DNA from: Sphyrna mokarran
Taxonomy: Eukaryota
Assembly: GCA_024679065.1 (NCBI GenBank)
Contig: JAGIQG010000048.1
Coordinates: 310,001 to 374,000 of the forward strand
DNA: 64,000 nt
Reading direction: 5' to 3'
Shown one piece after another: positions 24,595 to 37,550 of this stretch. The notes beneath the pieces were generated by a model that did no database searches, was not told where the DNA came from, and was given only the letters and a program-made list of their open reading frames with translations. Position numbers and translations under genes: made by a program. The first letter of the stretch is position 1. The number at the start of each line of letters is the position of its first letter.

Positions 24595-26419
24595 AAGCAA
24601 CATCTATAGATATATCTCAATCATAGCATCACGGGAAAGGTCTTTGATAGGATGCCAATGTTGTTCCTCATCTGCCTGAAGAACCTGAAGCACAGCGTTG
24701 TGTTTGTGTTGGAAGATATACATATCACACCCATACATTCGTGAATCTCAGTCAGACATTCGACACTAGCATCAGAGACTACAACATTTGGGGGAACTAA
24801 GCGCGCTCCACCCAAAACAGCCTTGGTATCATTGCTGATATAGAAAAGGACAATTTACAACCCAGCTGATAACTTCATGGGCAACACTTGCAGTTGACTC
24901 AATCTCTCCGAAATTGTCCTCCTCAGTCATCAACAAAAGTGAAATATGAAGAAAAAACACACCAAGTTAAAATGAATGTGTTTCCTGTGATTCGAACTTG
25001 TATTGTAAATGGGAGGATGCTGCTTATCATTGGGACATTGATTCGGAAACAATATAACATTCTTTTCAGGCAATGCATAAAAACGCACACACAGATATTG
25101 TATCGTTGTCATTCTTTCCGACAAATTGTTCCCTNNNNNNNNNNNNNNNNNNNNNNNNNNNNNNNNNNNNNNNNNNNNNNNNNNNNNNNNNNNNNNNNNN
25201 NNNNNNNNNNNNNNNNNNNNNNNNNNNNNNNNNNNNNNNNNNNNNNNNNNNNNNNNNNNNNNNNNNNNNNNNNNNNNNNNNNNNNNNNNNNNNNNNNNNN
25301 NNNNNNNNNNNNNNNNNNNNNNNNNNNNNNNNNNNNNNNNNNNNNNNNNNNNNNNNNNNNNNNNNNNNNNNNNNNNNNNNNNNNNNNNNNNNNNNNNNNN
25401 NNNNNNNNNNNNNNNNNNNNNNNNNNNNNNNNNNNNNNNNNNNNNNNNNNNNNNNNNNNNNNNNNNNNNNNNNNNNNNNNNNNNNNNNNNNNNNAAAACT
25501 ACATCTTGGCTTCCAGAGAGCCAACTAAATTCAAATAGAATGACAAACTAATCTATATTTCCACAAGGCCATGTTTGCTGAGCTGGATGTTGAAGGTCCC
25601 ATGGTCTCCAACAGCTCCCAGGGCAACATCCCTCCTTTTTCACCAAAATGAACAAAAATACATTCCCACGGATTGGGCCATTTTGATCTGATGCTGATCT
25701 GGCAACATGGGAATATAGCCACAGGAATAGACCACTCAGCTCCTGAACTCTCCCCCCCCCGCACCATTCAATAAGATCATGGCTGATTTGTGCTCGAATC
25801 CATGTAACTTCCCGAGGCCCATATCTGTTGATACACCTGTTAATCTCAAACTTAAATCTAACAATTGAACCAGCACCATCCGCAATTGCAGAAGAGAGTT
25901 CCAAACATTCACCTCTCTCTCTCTGCGTGTAGAAATGCTTTCTATCTCCTGAAAGGTCTTTCCTATTTTTCAAAATGTGGCACTTTCTTCTTGAAACTCC
26001 AACTAATGGAAACAGTCCTCACCTGGGAGTATTTCAGAAATTTCTATCAGAACGGCCCTCAACCTTCTGAATTCGAGAGGAAAAGTCTTAAATTCCCTGA
26101 TCTCTCCTGGCAACTTACATTGAACTCCGTCCAGAGCCGAAATCTCTCCAAACGTGTGTTCCCCACACTTGCTCCCAGTTCTCTAAAATTGGGGTCAAAC
26201 AAGGATTTTGCACTATTGCAGTACAACATCTGTATCCGTATACCCCAGTCCTTTGGAAATGAAGGTCAGCCTTCCGTTGGGCTTCATGACTATTTTGTGC
26301 GGCAGATCGTGACATTTTAAGAAACCATGCGCCCAATCCCAAATCTTCTTTGGCATTCGTTAAATTTAACTTTGTGTCTTCCAAAAATTATATTTTGACC
26401 TCCCATTTAGCTTAGCTAA

Positions 26420-27025
26420 ATGTCTTAGCTTTTATTGGTAGGGGGATTGAATTTCAGAGCTACAACGTCATGTTGCAACTGTACAAAACTCTAGTGCGGC
26501 CGCACTTGGAGTATTGTGTGCAGTTCTGGTCCCCGCATTATAAGAAAGATGTGGAGGCAATGGAGAGGGTACAGAGGAGGTTTACCAGGATGTTGCCTGG
26601 TATGGAGGGCAGGTCTTATGAAGAGAGGCTGAGAGATTTGAGGTTGTTTTTGTTAGAAAGAAGGCGGCTAAGAGAGACCTTATTGAAACATATAAGATGA
26701 TTAGAGGTTTAGATAGGGTGGACAGTGATAGCCTTTTCCTAGGATGGAGAAAGCTAGCACGAGGGGACATAGCTTTAAATTAAGGGGTGGTAGTTATAGG
26801 ATGGATGTCAGAGGTTCTTTACCCAGAGGGTGGTAAGGGTATGGAATGCCCTGCCTGCGTCAGTTGTAGATGCGCCAAGTTTGGTGGTGTTTAAGAGGTT
26901 AGTAGATAAGTTTATGGACGAAAAAGGAATGGTTTAGGTTAGAGGGTCATTGCTTTTTCCTAATTGGTCGGCACAACATCGAAGGCCGAAGGGCCTGTTC
27001 TGCGCTGTAATGTTCTATGTTCTAT
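26420..27025 (+). mobile_element. CR1 LINE 3' fragment (copy at ~52548-53137)
   Basis: MLQLYKTLVRPHLEYCVQFWSP...; TGTTCTATGTTCTA tail. Confidence 0.93.
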
Positions 27026-28137
27026 TTGGATGTTTGACTTTTTGTCCCCATTATCTAAGCCGTTAATGAATATTGTAAATCATGGAGGCCCCATTATTTC
27101 CTGCCATCTAACCTTCATAATCCAGCAAGGGATGTGTACAAGGGGTCGCACCTTAAATTTTGGCACATCCCAGAAAGGGATGTGGTGTTACATTGATGGA
27201 TGTGAATTCTTGGTACACTAATATCATAGATCATACATGACAGCCATATTTTCTCAGTAGCCATAATGACAATGTTTTGCCAGCAGATGGAAATAAGATC
27301 TGGATGGGTTACATTACATTGAAACATGGATTACTGCAATACACTGGACCTTGTATCTGTTCATTTTGAATTAGCCCCCCTCTCTCTCTCTGATAAAACT
27401 TGTATTGCACCAGTACATGTCAATGTATACAGCACACAATCACCCTGATCCGGGTCAGACCTAACTTTGCAGTTCTGTCGCATGCAGCCCTGAGTGGGCG
27501 CTGGAACATTTAAACAATTAATCGCAGCACGGGTCTCAAATAAAACCCCCCGTTCTTAGTGATATGGGAACTCAGCAAATGGAGAAGTGTGATTGAATAT
27601 TCTCCAACTTGTCTGACACGTGACCCTGAAGCAGCACCCAAATATCTCCATACCACCCTGGTGCTTCAATGGAGGCCCCACACATCACATTAAGCATTCA
27701 CTGCCTGCTTCACAATTCCAGTGGTCTGAACTATAGACAACTTGTATACCAGCAACATAATCCTCCCACAGCACCTTCCAAACACATTAACTCTGACACT
27801 TCAAAACACATGGGCAGCAGATGCCCGAGAGTCCAATTGCTTGCAAGTGTCCATAAAACCTACACGCCATCCTGATCGAATAGTTCAGTGTCAATGGATG
27901 AAAATCTTCTAACTCCCTTTCTATCAGCACTGTGTGTGTCTTTACTCTGTTTGGAATTAAATAGTTCGAGGAGAGGGCTCATCACCACATTCTCAAAGTG
28001 AAAAACAAATGTTTCTTTACGGAAATGTTGTAAAGTAACTTTGAACGTGTCACATCTCTGCTTATATTCAATTAGCTCCCATCTCTGTTTGCATTGCAAT
28101 AGGCCATGTCTCGATCACACTGCAACATGTTCTATCA

Positions 28138-28600
28138 CAAAGAACAAAGAACAAAACAGCACGGGAAACAGGCCCTTCGGCCCAACGAGCCCGTGCCGCC
28201 ACCCCGATGTTCCCATCTCTACCCGTGATCCCTGTCTATGTTTATAGATCTATGGATTAAAAACCAAATTTGAGACAGTTTAGGGAGAATTTGTTTTGCC
28301 AATTAGCCTAAGAGCACATCTTTGGGATGTGGGAGGAAACCGGAGCACCCGGAGAAAAACCCACGCAAGGATGGGGAGAATGCGCAAATTCCCACAGACA
28401 CAGGGCCCAAATCCATGTATCTGCACAGCACAGCGATAGTCACTGAGCTGTCGTGTTGCCCATCAAATGGTCCAGGTCAAGCGTACACTAACGACGTGAA
28501 GCACTAGGATACTCTCTAAAAAACTCCAAGAGCAGCCCTCTCACAACCCATCGCGTGTATGTCCCTCGTTAGATAACAAGGTGGACCAAAGCACTTGTAG
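28138..28600 (-). mobile_element. 3' UTR fragment of SINE-carrying CR1 subfamily (copy at ~54250-54700)
   Basis: (AAAGAAC)n tail and V-domain; homologous to 29108-29520. Confidence 0.8.
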
Positions 28601-28716
28601 TTCTCCTTTAGCTCTGTACTCGGCTCAATATCAGTTGTTCCTAGATGAGACCAGGACCCTATTTAGACGGTACTTTCTGAGTTATAACTGTGCTGAACTA
28701 TATTTCAGTTAATATG

Positions 28717-29002
28717 GGTGGCTCGTTGGCACAATGATTATCACTGCTGTTTGACATCACCAGGGACCTGGCTTCACTTCCCAGCTATGGTGACTGTCTG
28801 TGTGGAGTCTGCCGGTTCTCCCTGTGGCTGCTGGTTCTGTCCCCGTCCCCCGGTTTCCTCCCACAGTCCGAAGGACGTGCTGTTTTGGTGAATTTCGGCC
28901 ATGCTACACTCTCCCTTAAATTCTACCCCAACAACCGAGTAGGGGATTTTTACAGTAACTTAATTACAGTGTTAATATCGGCCAAATGACACTGATAAAT
29001 AA
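28717..29002 (+). mobile_element. Diverged tRNA-derived V-SINE (copy at ~54827-55112)
   Basis: A/B-box-like head (TGGCACAATGATT...GGCTTCACTTCCC), V-domain CCCGGTTTCCTCCCACAGTCC, AT-rich end. Confidence 0.7.
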
Positions 29003-29107
29003 GTTTCAAAACTTCAATCTGACTGCGTCTCAATTCCGACTGCATCAAAACATTTATGTGTGTGTGTACTAAACTGAAACAAAATTTTTGCATTACAAGT
29101 GTTTCGG

Positions 29108-32050
29108 GAACAAAGAACAAAGAACAACACAGCCCCGGAAACAGGCCCTTCGGCCCAACGAGCCCGCGACGCCGTCCTAACGTCTTAATGACATATAGAG
29201 ACCAATTTGTTACCCAATCAGCCTAAGAGCACATCTTTGGGATGTGGGAGGAAACCGGAGCACCCGGAGAAAACCCACGCACCCACGGGGAGAACGCGCA
29301 AACTCCCGCAGACACAGGCGCAAATCTATGTGTCTGCACAGCAATAGTCTCTGAGCTGTCATGTTGCCATCAGATGGTCCAGTTTAAGCATACACTGACG
29401 ATGTGAAGCACTAGGCCACTCCTGAAGTAACATCCAAGAGCTGCCCTCGCACGACCTGCCAAATACATGCACCTTGTCGGTCAACAAGGTGGACCGAACA
29501 TCCTGTGGAAACAAACAGGATATTTAAACAGTCCTACTATATCCCTCTATCTGCAGACCGCTCATGTGGCTGTCCAAGAGACCCTTAAACAACCCTAGCG
29601 TGCCTGCTCCCACCACCTTACTCGGCAGTGCATTCCACACCCCCACTACCCTTTGTGTGAAAAAATGCCCTCTAATATTAGTCTTATACATAGCCCCCTC
29701 ACCCTAAGGCCGTGACCCCTCGTTCTATCCGAATCTAATGGTGGAAAAAGCTTACCACCATTTACTCTATCTATACCCCTCATAATCTTATATACCTCTA
29801 ATAGATCCCCTCTCAGCCGACGTCTTTCAAGGGAAAACAACCCCAGTGCGTTCAATCTTTCCTCGTAAGACAACCTTTCCATACCAGGCAGCATCCTGGT
29901 AAATCTCCTCTGCACTCTCTCCAGGGCCTCCACATCCTTCCGGTAGTAAGGCGACCAGAACTGGACACAGTACTCCAAGTGAGGCCTAACCAACGTTCTA
30001 TACACTTGCAACATCAGACTCCTACTCTTGTATTCTATACCCCTTCCTGTGAAGGCTAACATACCATACGCTTTCTTTATCACATTCTCCACCTGTACTG
30101 ACACCTTCAGAGACTTGTGAACCTGCACCCCCAGGTCTCTCTGCGTCTCTATACTCAGGATAGTTTTACCTTTTATCCTATAACTCCCCTCTACATTATT
30201 CCGGCCAAAATGCATCACCTCGCATTTATCCGGATTAAATTCCATTTGCCATCTATCTGCCCAATCTACCAGCCAATCGATGTCCTGTTGTATTGCCTGG
30301 CACTGCTCCTCAGTTCCTGCCAATCCAAGCATCTTAGTGTCATCAGCAAATTTGCTGATCACACCACCTACCCCCTCTACCAAGTCATTTATATAAATCA
30401 CAAATAGAAGAGGCCCTAATACTGAGCCCTGTGGCACACCACGAGTGACAGACCTCCAGTTGGAAAAAGAGCCTTCCACTACGACCCACTGTCTCCACCT
30501 CCCAAGCCAGTTCTCAACCCATCTACATACCTGGCCCTGTATCCCATGCGCCTTCACCTTTTCTATCAGCCTACCATGAGGAACCTTGTCAAACGCCTTA
30601 CTGAAATCCATGTAGACGACGTCAACGGCTTGTCCTTCATCAACCGTTTTTGTCACCTCTTCAAAAAATTCCACTAGATTCGTAAGGCACGATCTCCCCT
30701 TAACGAAGCCATGCTGCGTATCCCTGATCAGATCGCAGTGCTCCAGATGCTCATACATCCTGTCCCTGAGGATCCTCTCCATTAGCTTACCTATAACTGA
30801 AGTCAAGCTCACCGGCCTATAGTTCCCTGGTTTATCCCTCTGACCCTTTTTAAACAACGGTACTACATTTGCAATCCTCCAGTCCTCTGGGACCTCACCT
30901 GTGTCCAAAGAAGAGACAAAGATTTGTGTCAGAGGATCAGCAATGTCATCTCTCACCTCCCTTAGCAGCCTGGGATAAAAACCATCAGGCCCCGGAGCTT
31001 TATAAAGCTTTATGCTACCTAAAAGCCCCAACACCTCTTCCCTCGTAATGGTTATTTCCTTTAACGGGTCCTCAAATTCCTCAAAGCCGGCACCAGACAT
31101 CAGGCCCCTCTCCCTCGTGAATACTGACGCAAAGTATTCATTCAAGATCTCCCCCATTCCCTCAGGCTCTAAGCATAGTTCCCCTCCTCTGTCCCTGAGA
31201 GGTCCAATCTTCCCTCTAACCAGCCTTTTGCTCCTTACATAGGAGTAAAATGCCTTAGGATTTTCCTTAATCCTACCTGCCAAAGCCATTTCGTGGCCCC
31301 TTTTTGCCTTTCTGACACCCATTTTAAGATCCCGTCTACACTCTCTATATTCTTCCAGCGCTGTCTCTGTCCCCAGTTGCCTAGATCTAATGTACGCCTC
31401 CCGCTTCTTCCTGACCAAGTCCTCAATATCCCTAGTAACCCACGGTTCTCTCATCCTACCTTTCCCATCCTTCCTCCTTACCGGCACATGTCTTTCCTGC
31501 AAAGATTTTAGTTTTCCCTTGAAAGACTCCCACATGTACTGCGTTGACCTACCCTCGAACAGCTTATCCCAGTCGGTATTCTTAAGATCCTGCCTAATCC
31601 GGCTGTATCTAGCCCTCCCCCAGTTTAACACCCTCCCCTTAGGGCAGGCTTCATCTTTTTCCATTAATACCCTAAAGCAGACAGAGTTGTGGTCACTATT
31701 CGACACATGCTCTCCTACTACAACGTCAACCACCTGCCCTGGCTCATTCCCCAGAACCAGATCCAGTATAGCCCCCTCTCTAGTCGGGCTATCCACATAT
31801 TGCTCCAAGGACCCTTCTAAAACACGCTGTACAAATTCCTCCCCGTCCGCACCTTCCGCTCTCGGCACCTTCCAATCTACCCCAGGGAAATTGAAATCTC
31901 CCACTACAACTACCCTATTCTTCCTACACTTACCTAAAATGTCCCTGCATATCCCTTCTTCCACGGCCCGCGGGCTGTTGGGCGGTCTGTAGTACACACC
32001 CAACATCGTAACCTCTCCCTTCCTATTCCTCAACTCCACCCATTCCAGCT
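29108..32050 (-). mobile_element. 5'-truncated CR1 LINE with 797-aa open ORF2 (partial APE endonuclease plus RT)
   Basis: VYYRPPNS, VGDFNFP, SDHN (APE); [43 protein letters not shown] (RT); frameshift near C-terminus; ~410-bp 3' UTR with (GTTCTTT)n tail. Confidence 0.98.
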
Positions 32051-32513
32051 CGGGGAAATAGTCTCTGAGAATCCACCCTATCTATTCCTCTCAACATCTT
32101 ATAAACCTCTATCAGGTCGCCTCTCAACCTACGTCTCTCCAGTGAGAAGAGTCCCAGCTCCCTCAACCTATCTTCATAAGAAATACTGTGAACAAATTGT
32201 CTGTGTTGCTTTAAAATAATTTGCCCCTTTCCCTCCTGATTTTTATCAAAGCTCTCATTACTTCCTTCTCAATTATTCAGATTGGAAATGTCAGGTATTT
32301 TCAAATATTCCCTGTCAGCACGTTATAATCCTAACCATCTTATGGTGAAGGAGGAAACTGATTCCAATCTTTACTCGCTGTAGATTTATTCAGAGTGAAA
32401 CATTACAGGTATCTCACTCCTAATACCACTCCGTGCTCTGTCAGTAAGTGTCTATATGTGCTCATGTAAACATCTCATCACTGCTTGTGTATATTTAACC
32501 CCAAATTATACAA

Positions 32514-33800
32514 TTAATACCCAGAGGATCTCTGATCGGTGAGACTGCCATAATGTCTCAGCAGGCTGGATGATTCAGGGAATCTTTTCCTACACTCGGA
32601 GCAGGTGAACAGCCTCTCTCGTCCGTGTGAACTTGCTTGTGTTTCCGCAGGCTGGAAGGATCGGCAAATCCCTTCCCGCACACGGAGCAGGCGAAAGGCG
32701 TCTCCCCGGTGTGAACCCGGCGGTGCACTCGCAGGCTGGACAACTCGGAGAATCCTTTCCCGCACACAGAGCAGGCGAACGGCCTCTCCCCGCTGTGAAC
32801 CCGCCGGTGTTTCCAGAGGCTGGAGGAGTCCGTGAAGCCCTTCCCACACTCGGCGCAACCGAAGGGCCTTTCCCCAGAGTGAACGCGCTGGTGTGTCAGC
32901 AGACTTGTGGACCTGGTAAACCTCTTGCCGCACACGGAGCAGGGGAACGGCCTCTCCCCGCTGTGAACCGCCTGGTGTCGTAGCAAGCTCGATAACTGAG
33001 TGAATCCCTTCCCGCACACGGAGCAGGTGAATGACCTCTCCCCGGTGTGAACCGCCTGGTGGGTCTGCAGGGTGGAGGACGCACTGAACCCTTTCCCGCA
33101 CACGGAGCAGGTGAACGGCCTCTCTCCCGTGTGGACTCGCTGATGTATCAGCAGGGGGGATGACCGAGTGAATCCCTTCCCGCAGTCGGAGCAGGCGTAC
33201 GGCCTCTCCCCGGTGTGAACTCTCCGGTGCTTCTGCACAGCGGAGGAATTACTGAATCCCTCGCCACACTCTGAGCAGCTGAAGAGCTTCTCCCTGCTGT
33301 GTATTCGCTGGTGTCTGCGCAGGTTGGATGAAAGAGTGAATCCCTTCCCGCACACGGCGCAGGCGAATGACCTCTCCCCGCTGTGAACTCGCTTGTGTCT
33401 CCGGAGGCTGGACGGGTCTCCGAATCCCTTCCCGCACTCAGTGCAGGCGAAAGGCCTCTCCCCCGTGTGAGTGCGTCCGTGGGCCAGGAGCCGGGACGCA
33501 TCAGCGAAACCCTTGCCGCACTCAGCGCAGGCGAACGGCCTCTCCCCACGGTGAATTTTCTGATGTGTCACCAGGTTGGATAACTGAGAGAATCAATCCC
33601 TTCCCACAATCAGGGCAGGTGAACGGCTTCTCCCCAGTGTGACTGCGCCGATGGATCTCCAGCTCACACGGTGCTTTGAATCCTTTTCCACAGTCCCCAC
33701 ATTTCCACTGTTTCTCCCTGATGCGGGAGGCCTTCTGTTCCTCCAGGTTTGACGATCAAATGAAGCCTCGTCCTCACCGAGAACAGATGTACAGTCTCTC
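32514..33800 (-). pseudogene. Tandem C2H2 zinc-finger gene, copy 1 (frameshifted)
   Basis: 11 intact fingers with TGERP-type linkers in ORF 32558-33571. Two further upstream fingers are cut off by a 4-bp AATC duplication (33591-33598). Last finger frameshifted; no in-frame ATG. Confidence 0.85.
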
Positions 33801-34008
33801 TCAATGTAAATGGTGCAATGTTAGTCAGACTGTGTAACCTGAACACTCTCACTCAGGTTTATACTTCTCAGTGCTTTTCCAATCACACTGAAGTTCAATC
33901 TTTTCCCACTGACAAACAAAAACAAAAAATTCTCCTTCTAGAATCCAAGGCGATGATATTCACATTGAGATTAATTGAGTGATTCTGTCAGATCTGAGCG
34001 TGATGTTT

Positions 34009-34258
34009 TAGAACATAGAACATTACAGCACAGAACTGGCCCTTCGGCCTTCGATGTTGCGCCGACCAATATAAAAAGCAATGCCCCTACAAACTAAACC
34101 ATTCCCTTCTCTTCCATATACTTATCAACTAACCTCTTAAACGTCAACAAACTTGGCGCATCTACAACTGCCGCAGGCAGGGCATTCCACTCCCGAACCA
34201 CCCTTTGGGTAAAGAACCTAACTCTGACATCCGTCCTATAACTATCACCCCTTAATTT
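34009..34258 (-). mobile_element. CR1 3' end inserted in the putative ZNF terminal exon (copy at ~60031-60280)
   Basis: KLRGDSYRTDVRVRFFTQRVVREWNALP...; lies just inside acceptor ttccttcacag|gatattag (minus strand, 34307/34306). Confidence 0.9.
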
Positions 34259-35149
34259 ACTTTTGTTTCGATATTTCTGTCCTGTAAATCCTCCCCTTCT
34301 AATATCCTGTGAAGGAAGTTTACAATAGAGAAGAAATTCAGAATGGACAATTCTCGATTCAATTGAACTATTTTCTATTCTTGTAGTCCTGAAAAATTGG
34401 AAATTTCTGTCCCACACATTCGGCACCAAATGGTCACTCTCCCGATTCTGCTGGTTCTTGCTCCAGGACACACAGACCTGAAAATCTTCAGGCAAGCTGT
34501 TCACCCATCTATCCCTCATACAACTGGAGTATAATTTGTGTGAAAGCTCGATGTTGCTTTATTAGAGTTGGGAAATATGTTTACAAGGTTTGGACTTCAA
34601 GTGAAATAAACTGGAATTCACCCCACACGAGGACATGATTTCAAATGATGTTCGTCATTCAAAAGAAATAAACCTGTCAGGCAGTGATACAGAGGGGCAG
34701 TGGGACTGACTGGATTGTTCGATAGAGAATTGACATGCATTCAAGTTGCCAAATGGACATTTTTTGTGCTGTAATGTCTCACTGACTGGAAATATATAAC
34801 ATAACTACATTACTATACTCCAAGAATAAAAATAAATGTACCTTACTGCAGCATCAACAATAATATATCCAACACACACAATAACAAAACTAGAAATACC
34901 TCTCCACACAGTCTGATAATCTCCAAATAAACAATTTCCCAGCCAATCCTAATGGAATAAAGCAAAGAATAAGGTTTCATTAATTTTATACTTCCACTGC
35001 AATAATCAAAATAAAATCAACATAAACGAAGCACACATTCACAAACAATGGCACTTCAACAAGTAGGAGAAATTTGATTTTAAATAACAACAGGTTCCAT
35101 AAAAAAAAATCACAAAGATTTACAAACGTTTACGAATATTTACAAACAT

Positions 35150-36403
35150 CACAAACCAGCCTCCCGTCCACTGACTCTGTCTACACTTCCCGCTGCCTCA
35201 GCAAAGCAGCCGGTATAATTAAGGACCCCATATACACCCTGGGCATTCTCTCCTCCACCTTCTTCCTGGCTTGGGGCACTGTCTGTGGGGAGTTTGCACA
35301 GTTTCCTCGTGTCTGCGTGGGTTTCCTCCCCGGTTTCCTCCTGCAGATGTGCGGGTTGGGTTAATTGGCCATGCTAAAAACAAAATACCCTTAAGAGTTG
35401 TGAGATGCACAGGTTAGAGGGATTAGCAGATAAATATATAGGGGATATGGGGATCAGGCCTGGGTGGGATTGTGGTCGGTGCAGACTCGATGGGCCAAAT
35501 GGCCTTCTTCTGCACTGTAGGGATTCTAGGATTTCTTCTGTCGGGAAGAAGATACAAAAGTCTGAGGACACGGGCCAACCAACATAAGAACAGCTTCTTC
35601 CCTGCTGCTGTCAAACTTTTACATGCACCCAGGCTGATCTTTCTCTGCACTTAAGCTATAACTGTGATACTACATTCTGCACTCCCTTCTTTCCTTTTCT
35701 ATGAATTGTATGTTTTGTATAACGTGCAAGAAACAATACTTTTCAATATACAGTAACAAAACTAGAAATACCTCTCCATAGAGACTGATAATCTTCAAAT
35801 AAATTATTTCCCAGCCAATCCTAGTGGAATAAAGCAAAGAATAAGGTTTCATTAATTTAATACTTTTACAGCAATAATCAAAATAAAATGAACATAAATG
35901 AAACATGCATTCACAGACAATGATACTTTTTAGGAACTGGGTAAATTTAACTTTTAAATAATTCAGACAATAACAGCGGGTTTCGCAAAATCACAAACAT
36001 CTACAAACGTTTACAAATATTTACAAACATCACAAACCAGCCTCCCGTCCACTGACTCTGTCTACACTTCCCACTGCCTCGGGGAAAAGCAGCCGGTATA
36101 ATTCAGGACCCCACGCACCCCAAACATTCTCTCTTCCACTTTCTTCCAGAGGGGAAACAAATACAAAAGTCGGAGGTCACGCACCAAACACAAGAACAGC
36201 TCCTTCCCTACAGCTGTCAGACTTTTGAATGGATCGACCTTGCACGAAGTTGGCCCTCCTCTGCACCCTCGCTACAACCGTAACACTAGTCTGCATTCTC
36301 TCGTTTCCTTCTCTATGAACGGCATGCTTGGTCTGTATAACATGCGAGAAACAATACTTTTCAGGATATGTTAATACATGTGACAATAATAAATCAAATC
36401 AAA
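35150..36403 (+). mobile_element. Two Rex1/Babar-like LINE 3' ends within a local ~0.9-kb tandem duplication; first interrupted by a V-SINE (35268-35532)
   Basis: TSLPSTDSVYTSRCLSKAAGIIKDP...SGRRYKSLRTR...KNSFFPAAVKLL; flanking AT-rich unit repeated at ~34880 and ~35755. Confidence 0.7.
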
Positions 36404-36488
36404 CATTTCCTCCCTCCACAGATTTGTCTCTAATTCCAGTTACAGAGTCCCACAAATCTCTGTATTTCCCAGGTATGAGTTGAACTCG

Positions 36489-36990
36489 TAGAACACTACA
36501 GCACAAACAGGCCCTTCGGCCCACAAGTTGTGCCCATCATATCTATACCTACCAGGCCATTGAACTATCTGTAACTCCCAATCCCATGTACTCATCCAGA
36601 AGTCTCTTAAAAGACCCCAGCGAGTTCGCCTCTACCACCACAGACGGCAACCGATTCCATTCACCCCCCACCCAACTCTGAATGAAAAACTTACCTCTAA
36701 CATCTCCTCTGTACTTGCCCCCCAGCACCTTAAACCTGTGTCCTCTCGTAGCGACCATTTCAGCCCTGGGAAATAGCCTCCGAGAATCCACTCTATCTAT
36801 TCCTCTCATCATCTTATAAACCTCTATCAGGTCGCCTCTCAACCTTTGTCTCTCCAGGGAGAAGAGACCCAGCTCCCTCAACCTAAGGCATGCCCCCTTA
36901 ATCCAGGAACATCCTTGTAAATCTCCTCTGCACCCTCTCAATAGCTTCCACATCCTTCCTGTAGTGAGGTGACCAGAACTGCGCACAGTC
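36489..36990 (-). mobile_element. CR1 3' fragment (mirror ~43940-44440; copy ~62508-63005)
   Basis: [23 protein letters not shown]...; same subfamily as the 7525 copy. Confidence 0.92.
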
Positions 36991-37274
36991 CTCATTTCCT
37001 TTGACAGGAGGTTGGGCTGGACTCTCCCCCTCACCTCCACACACACACACACACACACACAGCCCCAGGAGTCACAGCCTCTGGATCTCTCCCCAGTAGG
37101 TTCTCCCACTCAGCTGCTTTTTCCAGCTGCTCAGACTCCCTTCTCCCACTCCCTGAACTCTTCCCCTTCCCTCCTGAAAACCTCCCTCTGTCTCACTCAC
37201 TGACCCTGGGTTGGATGGGGAGTGAGGGAGGGAGGGAGGGGGGGACACACAGGAAGAAGGTTCAATCTGTATGA

Positions 37275-37550
37275 GAGGCTCAACCTCCAACGTCACAAAG
37301 CCCACTCAACTGATTGGCTGGAGTACAAGAGTCCTTCCGGTCTGCCAGGGCTCCTGATTGGTCAGCACTTGGTTGGGGGGGGAAACAATGGGTCTATTTT
37401 CCGGGATGGGCGGAGGGGGAGGAGACAGGGTGTGCGCCTGCGCACTGGAAGCCCATGAGGTCATTGTGGAGCGGGCTGATTCCTATTGGCTGATTCAGGT
37501 GGGGGGTGTTCCCGGTGTGACGTCACAAGGCGGAAGTTGGTCAATGAGCT
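37275..37550. promoter_or_regulatory. TATA-less, probably bidirectional promoter, copy 1
   Basis: Inverted CCAAT boxes (37313, 37357, 37485), ETS TTCCGG 37335 and GCGGAAGT 37530, Sp1 GGGCGG 37408, NRF1 TGCGCCTGCGCA 37433-37444, CRE TGACGTCA 37518-37525. GTGAGT donors point outward on both strands (37195-37200 minus; 37680-37685 plus). Confidence 0.8.

Noticed and set aside
29646-32039. 797-aa RT ORF as an autonomous or domesticated gene
   Set aside because: Starts mid-endonuclease with no ORF1 or 5' UTR, has a C-terminal frameshift, and the duplicate has independent frameshifts: a young truncated CR1.
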